Translations under genes and position numbers: made by a program | Shown here: piece after piece, positions 49,687-63,099 of the stretch | How positions within the stretch are numbered: the stretch's first letter is position 1 | Layout: each line of letters opens with the position of its first letter | Origin: Camelus ferus | Taxonomy: Eukaryota | Assembly (NCBI RefSeq): GCF_009834535.1 | Contig: NC_045696.1 | Span: forward strand, 116,066,001-116,130,000 | Length of the DNA: 64,000 bases | Direction of reading: 5' to 3' | Notes under the pieces: generated by a model | Told to the model about the DNA's origin: nothing | Seen by the model: only the letters and a program-made list of their open reading frames with translations | The model's database searches: none

Positions 49687-52386
49687 TAAAAATTATAGAC
49701 ATATACTGAACCTTACGTAATGATATGGATGCTGAGGTGTTCACAGGGACATATATGGATGTCTACAATTTACTTTTTAAATGTATCAAAAATAAGTTGA
49801 ACTGGAGGATGAATAAAGAGATGAAAAATGGATACAAATGTCATAAAATGAGCACAGTACAATGTAATGGTAGGTGGAAGGTATAGGATATTCACTGTAT
49901 AGAAATCTTATCAATGTCACTGCATATTTGAAAACTGTCGTGATAAACTAGTGAGGAAACATAAGACGGTGGCTTCAACAGGACTGCTTGCAGAACTTGA
50001 CATCAGTCTCCTGAAATTATACAAGCACAATGGACTGCCCATCTCCCGTTGCAAAGTCAGACTGGCCAGATGCTTTGCGGGTGGAGAAAAGGTTGCCACT
50101 ATGTTCAGGCTGCCTGTCCAGGTGGCAAGGACAAAGGATGTGTGAGTGAGTGTCTCCTGTGGACCAGATGTGGGTTCTACAGGAAAGAGACCAGCTTGGA
50201 GGCACTGTGACACCTGCCCAAGAGGGCCATATGGGAGGATGAAGGCTAGAGAAACAGAAGGTGTTATTCACAGTGGGGGGTGGGGGGTTTGCAGTTACCA
50301 AGACCCAGCAAGAGAGCCTCTGAGAAACCCACACAGGTATTCGTGACAGAAAGCACCCACCTGCCTGGCACGGAGAACTCAGTCGTCTTATACTATTACT
50401 AGTCAGGGAAGACCATCACCCACCTGCCCACTGATTTCTGAGGCACTGCAGCCCTCCTGTGGTCAGGAAGAGCAGCTTGCTCAGGGGGTGGAATGAGCAA
50501 GCAGCAAGCCACCCCACCTTTTATCTCCCGAAGGCAGAAACCAGCCTCAGCACGCCGCAGCTGAGAGAGCTGGCACGGATGCTGGTGTGAGAAAGGAGGC
50601 TTGTCTCCGAATACAGTCGGAAGTGTGATGTTCTGTGATGGACTGGCCAGTCTCACTTCTTAATCAAAGTGCCATCTTTCAGCTTAAAGAGACTGTAGGA
50701 CTATCAGTTGTCCGGGAGTGACCCGAAAAGCTCTGGTTCATGTGGCAGGGGAAAAAATCCCCCACTAAATAAAGTTAAAGTGGACAGTAGATGTCATAGA
50801 TGCTTTTCACATCCCAGGTCCCCTTCCGCAGGGGGGACCTGGCTGTGAGGGCTGAGCTGTTTGTGGCTCTCTCCCGAGAGCTGTGGGCAGCAGAGCAGAA
50901 GGCACCGCACCCAGATGACATCACTGTCTCCTGTCACCCTCAAGTAGACAATGGCCGGGAAGGGCTCAGGAGGGCAAAAGCTGGGATTTCAAGTGGGGAA
51001 GGGGGTTCAACTCCATCCTGCAATGTATGCACCACAGATCCCCTTGGGACAAGACTTCTAAACTTCCATCAAGACCACATCCTTCCCTGCCCTGTCTGGC
51101 CCCTACTCCTTCTCCTAAAGATATCCTTTCAATAAGCCACTGGCCCAAGGACCCCCGACTATGGCTCTGCCTCTGGAGTCTGCTACCTAAGACAGAGGGG
51201 GACAAAAGTAAAGGTGCATTTTTACTATATCGTACCCATTCTAGAACAAATACTTACGGAATGTAAAAGCAAACCCTCATCTGTTGGCTGACCACGTATG
51301 GTCTCAGTGCTCTGTTATTTCTTCCCCCAGCTCCCTGCAGCCATTGGATAAACACGCACCAGCTTTTCCCAGGATGTTGGAAAAAACCAGCCTTTCTTCA
51401 CTGTCTCTATATACCCATTTGTCCTTAGACGGTTCTGCATTTAAAAACAATTCCATTGTCCGTATTTCCTTTTCATAGAAAGTTGAATTGTAAAAATTTA
51501 ACATGTTCATCTTTGGGGGGTGAAATGTCCCTCCACCCTTCAAGTGCAGCAATCTTAGGCAGACACTGCACCGAAGGGTAAATGTGGCTTCCAGACTTCT
51601 TTGATGCAGTCACACAATCTCCGGTTGGTGGACAAAGCCCGGTCACGGCAGGCACTGCTGTGAAGCCAGGACAGACAGATGGGTCAAGAAGTGCTTCCAA
51701 AACATTTCTCAGGGAAGCACAGAAAAAAATTATTCATTACATTGAATAAAACCAAGAAACTATACTGAGGGGTTTGCAGCCACTTAGGAATCACGCCACC
51801 CAAAATTGTGACATTTGATGAGTGCCCTGGTCATCAAAACAGAGGACCAGTTCCATGGGCAGCACAAAGCAGAGCTCAAGGATAGTTTAATTATAGTTGA
51901 CTTGGATGCTTTTTTTTTTTCCCCATTCTGCTTTTAATGATTGAGGTTAAAAGTCAGATGCTCTAAAAGCAGCTATGCTTAAAACGTTGCCATCCTTTAT
52001 TTCAGGAATCTATTTGTATTTTTCGGAAGAGGGTCAGAATTCTGGAAACCACAGTCGCCATCTTTCTGGTTATAAATTTGCCTTGGAAATTGTCAGGTTG
52101 GACTTGGCACACAAAGGAGCTCTCAGGTTGGGAGGAAACGCAAGGTGCAGCAGCTGGTGGGAGGGGAGAAGGGTGAGACAACAGGGCAGGAGGCACACAG
52201 GGTGAGGGGCCAGGCAACAGGAGACTCAGGAAATCAGTTCTCAGCTAGGAGAGAGAACACGTACTCGGGACCCATCCTCTGTTCTCACTGCAAATCTTGA
52301 TATGGTATACGCCATCTGAGGACTACACTAAATCCTAATTTCAGCCCAGAAATGTCAGATGTAGATAGAATTTTCTAGGATAATCT

Positions 52387-52457
52387 TGTTTTTAAATTGT
52401 AGTTAGTTTGCAATGTTTTGTCAATTTCTGCTATACACCATAATGTTCCAGTCATAC
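52387..52457 (-). mobile_element. Tiny L1 3' terminal fragment
   Basis: GTAGTTAGTTTGCAATG..TGTCAATTTCTG.TATAC.CCATAATGTTCCAGTCAT matches 39671-39729 and 8780-8834. Confidence 0.7.
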
Positions 52458-52609
52458 TCCCAGCTCAGAATTCAGGGGTCACATTTCTGTATATGATTTG
52501 TGTAATTGGTTCGAGTACCTTCCAGAGGTTCCGGGACCCAATTCTATAAGTGTCTGGAGGGAAATTTTATTTTTCAGTTTACCATGTTTTTTGGGTTCAT
52601 TTTTGTTTC

Positions 52610-52791
52610 TGGTTTTTTGCAAATTATGATCCTTGGATCTCCAGTATCTGAATCATCTGGGGAGCTTACTAAAAATGCACATTCCAGGCTCACCCAAGAT
52701 CTAATGCTTCAGAGTTTTGAACCTGGGGACCTGCATTCATCACAAGCTCCCCAAGTGCATCTGAAGCACAGTAAATTTATGAACTGTTGGA
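52610..52791. mobile_element. hAT-Charlie MITE, MER5-like
   Basis: GAATCATCTGGGGAGCTT..TAAAAATGCA.ATTCC.GGCTC.ACCC...CTGCATT...ACAAGCTCCCCA.GTG. Confidence 0.72.
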
Positions 52792-53599
52792 CTGAAAAAG
52801 AACTGAAGGCTCAGGCTTCCTTCTATTTGATCCCAAAGTCAAGAAGGAAAAACTAGGGGCTCTTATCTCCCTAGCCTTCTTGCTGCCTCCAGCTTCCAGC
52901 GACACTGTCTTACAAGACATCCAGTGTTTCTGGAGCAGTCCACCAGGACTCGGACAGATTCGCTGCCCCTCCACATGCCAGCTCGGAATAAAGATGCTTC
53001 CATGTTCTCTGGAGGGAGCTAGAGGTTTGCATACTTTACAGGAGCACTTCCCTTCAGGACATTGTTAAAAACCTGCTAACTTCGAGATATTATATCATGG
53101 TACCCCACTCCTAGAAAGCTTTCCCCCCGTCTTCCGTTGTCCTCTGAGTCAAGGCCTCGATAAACAAGGTCCTAGTTGCACAATTCCGTGGTGAGACTTT
53201 ATGACGGCAGAAGTGGTGCTAAGTACTATCAACACAAAAATGAGGAGAAAGAGCCCCTGGAGTGCGGGATCGCAGTCTCACGGGAAGAAGAGGCAACCGC
53301 ACCGATGACGACCGCACAGTGATCACTGGTGACAGATTAAGGAGGGATCACAGAAAAGTGGCATCTGAACCAAACCAGGGAGTTTCAGGGAACGTTTCTT
53401 GGAAATGGCCCTGCCTGGGAATAATGTAGGAGCGTGAAAAAGAATGCACGTCTTAAACGTGGAAGAAGACAGACGGCCAGAGACTACGCCACATACCCAC
53501 CCTGCATGAAGAGGGACATTTACGCAAATCCTGTGTCAGGAGGAGTGCAGAGCTCTCTGAGGTGGCACACCAACAAAGCGTGAAAATGACTCATGTTGC

Positions 53600-54131
53600 A
53601 ATTACTGTGTTGCATAACAAACCACCACAAAACATAGCCACTTCAACACCAGTAGCCACTTTTCCCTCTCGTGGTTCCTGTGGGGAGGGCAGGCCTGTCT
53701 GCTCCGCCACACCTGTCTGAGGTCTCAGTCAGAGGAGGCAGAGGCTGAGGCTGGAGCCAACTGGAGGCCCATTCATGCACATGTGGCAGTGACTGCTGGC
53801 TGTCAGCTGCGGACATCGCCTCCTCTCCCTGCCAGCCTCTCCGTGTGGTCACGCTGCGTGGGTCAGTTTCAGCTTCCTCACAGTGTGGCGTGACGGCTGA
53901 GTTCCAAGGGCAGGCAGCCTCAGGAGAGGGCCGGGCACACGCTCTGTTCTCTTTATGACCTTGCTTTGGAAGTCACATGTGGCATGGGATATACATTTGT
54001 ACATATATATGTACATGTACTGTTCATCACACATCGTACATGTATTTGTATCAGTTATATATACATACACATATGGTATATATGTATGTATATATTTGTA
54101 CAGCCATCTTTGGAAAATCTAATATGCCACA
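53600..54131 (-). mobile_element. MaLR solo LTR (MLT1-like) with internal (TA/CA) microsatellite
   Basis: TGCATAACAAACCACC.CAAAAC.TAG...TGCTGGCTGTCAGCTG...GCTTCCTCACAG..TGGC...TTTATGACCT.GC.TTGGAAGTCACA...GCCATCTTTGGAAAAT..AAT.TGCCACA. RY repeat at ~53988-54100. Confidence 0.8.
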
Positions 54132-57049
54132 TCTAGATTACTAATACAAAGGGAATTTGTGAATATCCAGCTTGAGTGTGCTGCTCAACATATAAAAATA
54201 ATGGAACAGAAAATATTAGCAAACAAACTTGGCTTGTAATAAAACACATTGTGTGTGAGACACGTGGCTAAAGTCAACTTTCTATCTTATGTCTTTGTCT
54301 TCCAACACACATGCTGTGTCCACATGTACAAATACGATCTTCCCTGATCCCATGTCATATAATTTGAGCTTGTAAAAACTCTGAAGAGACGTATCCAGCA
54401 TGTTGTAAAACTTGTTGCAATAAAACAAAGCAACAATAACCCATGGTCCAATTTTATAGATCTACAACCGGGAAAGTGTCGTCCTCTCAAGGTCTCGATC
54501 TCAGATTTCCAGTCCCTCACCTGAGGAACGTGCTGACAAATTGTCCCTTTCAGCACTCCATGAGGGCATTAGTTTAACTTCACCGAACTTTACCATCAAA
54601 GGTCCTTGGATAGTTTTGCAATAAGAGGCCAAAAGTCACGGTCACACAAGCAGCCACGGTTTGCGTTACCCCCGTGCGCTCTGCACTGGATGGGAGAATC
54701 CACACGTGGCCAGCCGGGGCTCTTGACACCCACGTGGAAGCTTGCAAGCTAAGAGTCACAGCTTAGCTGCCGGTGCACCGTTGCCTCCGTTCTCCCTGAA
54801 GGTTTGAATGGAATGCCTGCCCAACAGCCTTTCACCTGTGGTGCTGCTGTTACACTGACACGTGTTTTGTACCTGTCTCGGTGTGGGAGGAAGACAAGGA
54901 CCACTGAGCCGAGGGAGAGGCCACGAGGCTCTTTTCAAGTCACCAGTTTCCTATTGCACCTGAGTAATCCCTGCTGTGGCCTGTGAAGTGTGACCCCAGC
55001 AGTGGGTGGTCACCGGCTGCACACTGAACTTCAGCTCTAATCCTAAAGTGTTATGTTAGGGGATTTAAAGCAAGAAGTTTCTAATCTAAAGGCCACGAAA
55101 GCATCACATTGACAATATTAAGGAACAGCTATATGGCCCATTGACATTTGCAACCAGTTAAGGATTAAGAAGGGGAAAGATTTCTCTAGAGTCCAATCTC
55201 TTTAAGTCTTTGAAACTTCCGAGGGTAGCTGAGACAACAGCCCTTGCTCTCAATAGTTACAATGGTTATAATAAAACAAGAATGTCATTTAGACATGAAG
55301 CTAATGTGTTGGTGTGTTTTTTAAGAAAAATAACTTAGTTTCTAATGTGCTAATTCTGCAAAGTGGCAGATCTAGGCATGGGGAAAGCTTTTAGGGAAAA
55401 TTGTAGCTTTTCACTGAGGTTGAATGGCAAAAACATCTAGCGCTCTCAGCTCTAGTGAATATTTTAGGCTTAAACATTAAAATGACTGTGAATAAACAGA
55501 TATAGATTGGCCCAAGGAAATAGCTTAATATATCATCTATAAAACTCTTCGACCTTTATGTGTACTGGTTTGAAACTAGCCTGGAAGTCATCATGCTGAT
55601 GGTTAAATGGATTGCTGTATGACAGAATGAACCCCTTCAATTGAAAGGGGTTTCCCAGCCTGTAGGCTAGAAAACAGGTGTCTCCTTGAGTCCCACTGCC
55701 AAAATCCAGTCCACTAGGTAAGATCTAGCAGGGGGGAAAAAAACACTCTGCTAGTCTGTATGCAGCCTCACCTTAGACCATCCAGGTAAATGCTCAAATA
55801 TTTAAGGTTGTGATCTTCTCCCCTACAGGTCCTCCAAGACAACATCTTAGAGTATGAAGTACAGCTTGGATGACCTTGTGGCACTGGGAGTGGAGGAAAA
55901 CGAAGTCCTCAAATTCAGTTGCTCTCTGAGGCTCTGTGCTATAAAGAGTTGGTCTCCGACCTTCCCCACCTTGGGACACTGAGTCCATGTGAGACTGGCC
56001 TTGAGGAGTGAACACTCGTGTGTCCACCCCTGGTGCCCACCATTTACCTCTGGTCCTGTAGCCTCTTCCCCCTGGAAGCCCCTTAGCACCCTTGGTTCTT
56101 TCACATCCCCTCCCAGGGCATTCAGGAATATTCTTGGTCCTCTGCTTTCCAGGATAGAACACAGGGAATTGGGAGCTCTGTCCAAGCTCATCCATTTTTC
56201 TGCCTTCAGCCACCACCTCTGTACCATTGCTCCCCAGCTTCCTTGCAAGTAACACTGAGCTGAAGACTGAAGTTCTCACAGGACCCAAGAGCTCCCCCAC
56301 AACATTTGTAAAGTGCACTTCATCTTACGTCCTCCCAAATTTGCTACTTCTCTGGATGTTTCTAAAGCCACTCACTCTTGCTAAGATCTAGCCTCAAAGG
56401 GTCAGGTCAAAGAATACAAAGAGCGATTACTTTTTCACTCTCACTTAGCCGCTGTTTCTCTCTCCATAATACACTTGAACAGTCAAGTCCATTAGGCCTG
56501 GATTTTGGTATATTATAAAATTCCTTTCTCAATACCATCTAGCTTTCGAAACTATTATTTTGCTATGGAGGTTTTACAAGAAATATCAGCTTTACAACTC
56601 AAATCTGATGAATTTATGCCAAAGTTTAAGAAATCTCTGAGAAAGGGACTCAGCACCTGTATTATTATTTTTTTTAAGCTTATGAAGTGATTCTGACACA
56701 CAACCAAGGCTGACACCCATTGAGCTCAGCCCTTCCATCCCTGAGTCCTAAGCCTCCTGGACCTGCAGGTAGACAGCCATATTGAAACTTACTTTAAGAG
56801 GATAATTAGACATTTCACATTACATGACAGAATCTCCATTAATCTCCACATTGACATAGAAAGATATCTGGAATAATATCCCCCTAATATTAATTACTGC
56901 TCTACAAGGATAGTGGAATTGGGGATGGATATTTTTGTTCTTGCCATCTTACTTTTCAACATTTTTTTCCTGATTGATATTTATAATTTTTATAAAACAA
57001 ATAATACCTTTAGAAAATAAAAAGACAAACTCTAAAGAAGAGCACATTC

Positions 57050-57270
57050 ATCAAGATAACCAAAGAGATCAATGAAAAGTTGAAGACAATCAATAACAAG
57101 AGAATAGTTAAATCAACTATGATATGTCCTTTCAATGGAATATTATGCATCCATTAAAAATTATCATTATGAAATTCTATGTAGCAGCATGGAAAATGTT
57201 TATATGACAATATTAAGTAAAACAATATGAATAGAAATTATGGGTAAAGTATATTTATAGAAGTATAAAG
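57050..57270 (+). mobile_element. Decayed L1ME-like 3' fragment
   Basis: GAATAGTTAAAT.AACTATGATAT..CC.T.CAATGGAATATTATGCA.CCATTAAAAA. Confidence 0.55.
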
Positions 57271-59143
57271 ACACAAATATTATTTACAATGTCCCATTAC
57301 TTAGTATCTTATTACTCCCCCCCACCACTAAACTTTTAAATAAACAGTAACTTCTTAAAGATTTCAAAGTCATGAATCCCTAAAGATTCAAAATTGAGTG
57401 TCCCATGAGACAAGGATGAATTACTTGGGGACATACTATCTCTCAGCAGAACAGCTCAAATCACACAATGATGACTGTCACCTCTTTGACAAATACAGAT
57501 GTGGTTAAATTGATTCATTTCAAAAAGCTAGAAGGAATATGGAAGCTACTTTCCAAATGGGGAGGAAAGAGGAAAATTAGAAGCCAGGAGAGCTGAAACA
57601 CTTTCTTTTGCCCAGTGGGTGAAAATCTTCTGGTAAGGTGGTATAGACACGTCTTGGTTTCTCTGTGGAGCTGCATTCATCCAGAACTTGTATCCACTGA
57701 AATAAATGATTATTTCCATAACATGAAATTCAATGCCAAGCAGGAGAAACTTATTCTGCAGAAGTTCCAGGTATCTTTGGTAGAGAAAATAGAGGTCTAT
57801 CCCTTGTAATCAGTGGGTGCCAGCTGAGCCCATGCGATGAATAGAAAGCAAGGAATGGAACTTGGGACCAAGACAGAAGACAATTTGGATGAATGAGTAA
57901 AAAGCAAATCAAAATATATGAGAGATGACATGAGTGACTACAGTGTGAACCCAGAAAAGAAAAATATAGGAGGAAGAGAACCTCTATGTTCAACCAAAAT
58001 TGGAGGTAAATTGAAAATAAAATTAAAAGAAAAACCACTTGGTTATCTGCTTCTGTAATCTTGGTTTAAAGCTACTAAATGCAGCCTCTGTCATCCCAGT
58101 TTAGGGTTATTACCTCAAGCTTCTATTTCCATCAACTCTTGTGTTACTGTGGGAGGCCCCATATCTTCAGTCTTACTGGAATTCCTTCACCTGTTGAGGT
58201 GCCCACTTACAGGTGTTGTGAACCCTAATATCCATTACAGTCCTCACAGGCCCCTCTTTCCTCACAAAGGATCTAGTTATTTGCCCCTACAAGGGATGTG
58301 GTTGTAACAATGGCTGGAACCTTGTAATCTTCCTGGTACTCTTGCCTACAGGCAAACACTATGAAGGAAATGATGATTTTTTTTTAATTCATTACAAGTC
58401 CTTCAACAACCTTATGCTGACATCTTACCATGACTCGGCACTATTCTAGTGCAACGGCCACAGCGGAAAAAAGACAAAGAGGTTCCGATTTTCATCGTGC
58501 TCACCTAGCAGCAAGAAAGAGAAATCGTAACAAGCAAACAGATGCATCTGACAAGGACTATTTCATCATGGGAGATTCCACATCAAAGCTCATTTGAGAA
58601 GGGCACAGTTAATGGTACTCATCTTGTGGGTGGCAACATCTTGAGTAGGTAAGTGTGTGTGTGCATGCATTCAGTTATTCTAATAGATTCACTACTTTGC
58701 TATGAATTGCAACATGGTCACCCCATCTCATACCAAACCTGCTCTAGTTTTTCTGATTAGCAATAAATGAGGCTTTGGAAGAGACCGGTGTGGGATTCCA
58801 GGTGGGCAGTATCCCCGTCCTCCACACACTTGAGATCTAACAGCGGAAACAGGCAAATATATACATAACGATAGGAGATCAAGAAGTCTAAGACCAAGAA
58901 GAGACATGAAGTCCAACTACCTCGAAAGCATCAAAGCCCAGGGTGGTCACATGACTTGATCGAAGTCACACAGCTTCTCAGTGAGAGAGCTAGACATACA
59001 GCAACTGCCCCTCCCACCCCCTCCCCAGAATGTCACCCCGGCAGAATCAGCATCTCTCAACACCCTTCAGAGAGGATTATTCCCTCCCACGGGGTTCCCT
59101 CCTTGCCTGTAATCCAAGTTTAACAGAGTCAGTAACTACAATG

Positions 59144-59187
59144 GCAGATTGAAAGTTACTAGGTTGCAGATTGAAAGTTACTAGGTT
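59144..59187. repeat. Perfect 22-bp tandem duplication
   Basis: GCAGATTGAAAGTTACTAGGTT twice, at 59144-59165 and 59166-59187. Confidence 0.95.
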
Positions 59188-59359
59188 CTGCTGGGACGTG
59201 TGGTCAGTCTTTCACTTCTGTTTCTATGTCTCCGTCTGCAAATTGAGGCACCAAAATTGAAGCTAACCCTCCATCCTTGGGGTGAGGAAAGAGAATGAAA
59301 ACTAGTCATTTCTGATCTCTTATCTCACACGAGGCCCTGCATTAGACCCCGTATGACAT

Positions 59360-59490
59360 GTGTCATTTAATCCTCACGACACCCCTGTGTGGTAGAAATG
59401 ACCCCCCTCTTGTAGATAAGTACACAAGTTAAATGAGGTCACACATGTGCAAGAACCAGGATTCAAATGCGACCCGTCGGCCTCTAAGCA
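59360..59490 (-). mobile_element. MIR SINE
   Basis: TCATTTAATCCTCAC.ACA.CCCTGTG.GGTAG...AGGTCACAC...GAACCAGGATTCAAA. Weaker MIR relics also lie near 15.75, 18.75, 33.55, 33.8, 37.35, 58.95 and 60.5 kb. Confidence 0.62.
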
Positions 59491-61071
59491 GCCACCCACT
59501 GGAAGACGCTGAGCTCCTGATTGAAAAGCTACCGTGTGGGTCCGAGATGTTAGAATCCGCTTCCGCCATGTGAAAACCGCTGTTATAATCACAAATAAAA
59601 AGCCCTGGTTGGAATTTCAATTTTAGGACTTCATCACTAAGATAATGTATGTGGTATAAATATATGACTTAATTTTTCCCCTAGTAAATGGTAGTTTTAA
59701 GAATTTCCTGTAATTATACCCATGTAAAGAACACAGACAGAATTACATAACCTTTGAGGTGAAGGAAGCACTAAAGAGAGAAATGTTCTGCCTGGAGGAG
59801 AAGCCAGAGCGTGTTAAATATGCACAGACGTCAGGCACTGGGCAAGGACCAGCCTCCCTCCTCCCCTCCGCAGCGTCTGGTACCCTCCGGCTTTCCAGGA
59901 CCAGGTACCAGTGCTGATTCACCCCGTGCTTCCACATCCTTTGACAGCCTAGCTCTCTTCCCCCTGACCTTTTTTTTTCCTGCTGCACTCCTGCTTAAGG
60001 GCCCAGCACGTCAGAGGACAAAGAACATTCTTGGAGGCTGATGTGACCTAAAGAAACATGACCAATGACAAGCAACAGGACTCGGAGGAAATTATTTCAA
60101 CCCTCTAAGACTCAGTTTCCTCAGCTGTAAATGGAGAAACTGATCTCTCCCTCTTTGCTGTGAGATGTCGGAGATGGGGAAAGGGTGGGGACACCTCTGT
60201 GATGTCTGCAGCTGAGGAAATGCTTCCCCACTGGCAAAACCAAAATGTCAAAGTAAGAACCAAGCACACTGGGCATGTCACATCCACTTCCTGTTGTGCA
60301 TCCTCTGCGTCTGTAGTGGGGAAGGTGGCAAGGCATCGTGGGAGGTACACTTGTTTGTTGCTCTTAAAATTGACAAGAGCAACCCTGGAAGACTGTCAAC
60401 CTGAGAAAACTTAAGTGTGTTTAATGTGGTTAGTGGGCTTGGGGCACAGAAGTCAACTGAGTCCTGGCTCTGATGCTTAGTAGCTGTGTGACCATGGACA
60501 CGTGGCTTACTCAACTTGGAGGTCAATCTATAACTTGGAAATAAAACCACTACCAGCCTAGCCTCCCTCACAGGGAAGGTGTGATCTCTGATGCCATCTG
60601 GGATATGAAAGCACCACTGATGCATCCATCATAACTTTAAAGTCATTGGAACTGCCTGGGAAAAAAAAAAAATCAGGAAAGTGGAAGGTAGATCTATTCC
60701 CGCTTTTGGAAAGCAAATTACCTGTGCCCCCAAAGGCAGAAAGGAAGTCAGAATTCAATTTCTTAATAAAAACAGAGGACTTTCAAGCCTTTTCTCACAA
60801 CTATGTCAGTGCTGATTCTCCAGAGACAGTCTGAAATTCACTTCATAATTCATACCCTCTACTTTTCTTTTATAGGACTCTGATCAATTCAGCTAATGTA
60901 ATTTCAAAATCCATACAAGAAATGAAAATTACCACTCCAATTATGTCTCTCTAGACACAAGAAACTTTAAGTCTGGCAGTACCTTATACATCTTTTCATC
61001 CCCAGTATTTAGCACAATACAAAAACAGAAGCTAGAGAAAGAATTGCTGAATGAATGACTAAACGGAAACC

Positions 61072-61111
61072 GTGTGTGTGTGTATGTGTGTGTGTAGTGG
61101 GTATGAGTGTG
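61072..61111. repeat. Imperfect (TG)n microsatellite
   Basis: GTGTGTGTGTGTATGTGTGTGTGT... Confidence 0.8.
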
Positions 61112-63099
61112 AAGTGCTACCAAATCCTGGGCAATTTTTCAGAATACTTAAACATTTGAGGTCACCTGAGACTAAATCTTCACTTCTTATAGAACTTGCA
61201 TGATCATTCATTACAAGTATAAAATATATTTTAACAGAATTGAGAATTTCCATCAGGTACATTTGGTACACTTAAAGAGTAACACTAATCATATTGGTTA
61301 TTCCAGCGGGCTTCAGCTTTTCATGCCTAAATTCCACTGCCTGCAGATCGTGTCCTCCTCTGTATCAAATACACAGCCCTGGACAGAGGAGCTAATGCCA
61401 ACATAGCAACTGCCTGTGGGGTATTATAAGAACACCAACAATTCAGCAAGTCAGCTCAGAACCAAGTCCCTAACTAATGTCATACCCTCACGCTGGAGAT
61501 TGTAACACTTTTATGAGGATGAGATGAGTAATGTCAGTGCCAAGCCAACATCACATGGTGCATAGTTTTTCTACTGCTCAAAGCCAGCATCTGTTCCATG
61601 GAATGCTGCCTTGTATGCTGTACATGAATGGAGATGTGGTCCTCAAGGTGCCCATCTCAGTACAAAAGCCCTTTGTCTATGCATTGGAAGATGCTGGCTG
61701 TTTCGTTCTGGCCACTCTTGCACTGGAAAACCTCCCTGGCAAGTCTTTTTCAGAATGGTTTCTAGGCCAGCATCACTGGCTACTACATCACCAGATTTAA
61801 AGAGAGTGCCCAGCTTCATCCAGAGTTTTGCAGCCCTTGATAAAACCTCCATTGCTGAGTGGGAGTGGGAGCCATTCAAGGACACCCACCAGTTCAGCCC
61901 ACTTGCTATGTGCACCCCGCATGGCCTGAGGACTTCCTGTCCACCAAGGAGGGAACCATGAGTCAAAAAACCGATCCTGTTTCTCTTAATTTTTACCTTT
62001 ACTTTTTTTAGTTTTACTGTGAACTTACTTCTCCATGCATCAATGACATTGTGTGTTGGTATACTCAATTCAGTCTCTGTTTCTGTTCTTTTTTTGCCCT
62101 ATTCCTCTACTGAAAAAGTGAATTGAATACCTCATTATGTCACCAAAGGCAGATACCAGTTCCCAATGCTCACTTATGAACTATAACATGTGAGATGGGC
62201 GTCCTGATATTAAGGAAATCAGGCAGAGAAGAGTCAAGGGAAAGTGTATCCCAAAGTCCTCTGGGTGGGTAGCCTTCTGGTTATGTAAATCTAACAGGGT
62301 CCCACATCCTTTTGTGCAACACTGAGGTCTGCAAAGAAAATGGAGCTACTTTTTTGGTTTTACAGTTGATTTAATCTTCCTAAGGTTACTGACAGACAGC
62401 AATGATGGAGGTATCAGGATGGGGTTTGGGGGGGAGGGTTCTTTTTCCCAACAGAAACAATTCATAGAAACACTTCGTGTAAATTTGTGATTGCATTTTC
62501 CTTCTTCAGTAGAACTTTTCCTAGTAATTGTTTTTCTATTAAGATATTAATGACTCTACCTCTACAAATCCATCCTCTTTTTTCTTAGCATCTTAAAGCT
62601 TTCATTTATTCCATTTTATGAAAATTGCCTCTTGCAGGTGGATACAGACCATACCATTATTATACGGACCATGATCACAATGCTTTCTCTTCACTATACT
62701 GTTGAAAGGTCACTGCTGAAACAAACAAAAAAATAAGCTATTCATTTTTGTCTAGATTCAAAATAGGCAAATATACGTGAACATCTTAAAATTAACAACT
62801 TCATTTGCTGCAATAATCATTTCATCTTTTTAAATGATTAAAGCGTTAGAAATAGATGCTTTTCTTCAGACTGCCCTCAGTGTATGGATTGTTAATATTA
62901 GCCCTCTTCCAACTGTCAGTGCTCCCACGCTGACCTAAGCTACATACACCCTCACCTGTAGGCTTAGTTTCTCCCCTGGAATTATCCTTTCCAAGTTCTA
63001 ACCCCTCACAATCCTATCACATAATCTGACTAGCTCATCCATACCATAGTAATATACGGTTCTTTTTAAAAAAAAAAAAAAATTGAGTAGTAACAGACT

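Larger units (their letters stand above)
48710..49950 (+). mobile_element. Ancient L1MC/ME-like 3' region hosting two later L1 insertions
   Basis: ATGTCCATCAATAG...TATTACTCA.CAATGAAAAGGAAC...GTGGTTGC.TCTGG...TGTATCTTGATAGG...CAAAACTCAG. Resumes at 49517 (AGAT.TGTGCATTTCATT.TGTA) and again after 49697. Confidence 0.7.

Noticed and set aside
53160..53500. CpG island or promoter
   Set aside because: CpGs are locally raised but the patch is short, of moderate GC and resembles decayed L2 sequence; no promoter architecture is visible.
55794..56318. 174-aa and 133-aa minus-strand ORFs and an acceptor-like site at 55848
   Set aside because: No recognisable protein; the exon reading frame after the acceptor closes quickly.
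62421..62438. G-quadruplex-capable G runs (also C runs at 38185-38204)
   Set aside because: Isolated homopolymer-type tracts without promoter or CpG-island context.
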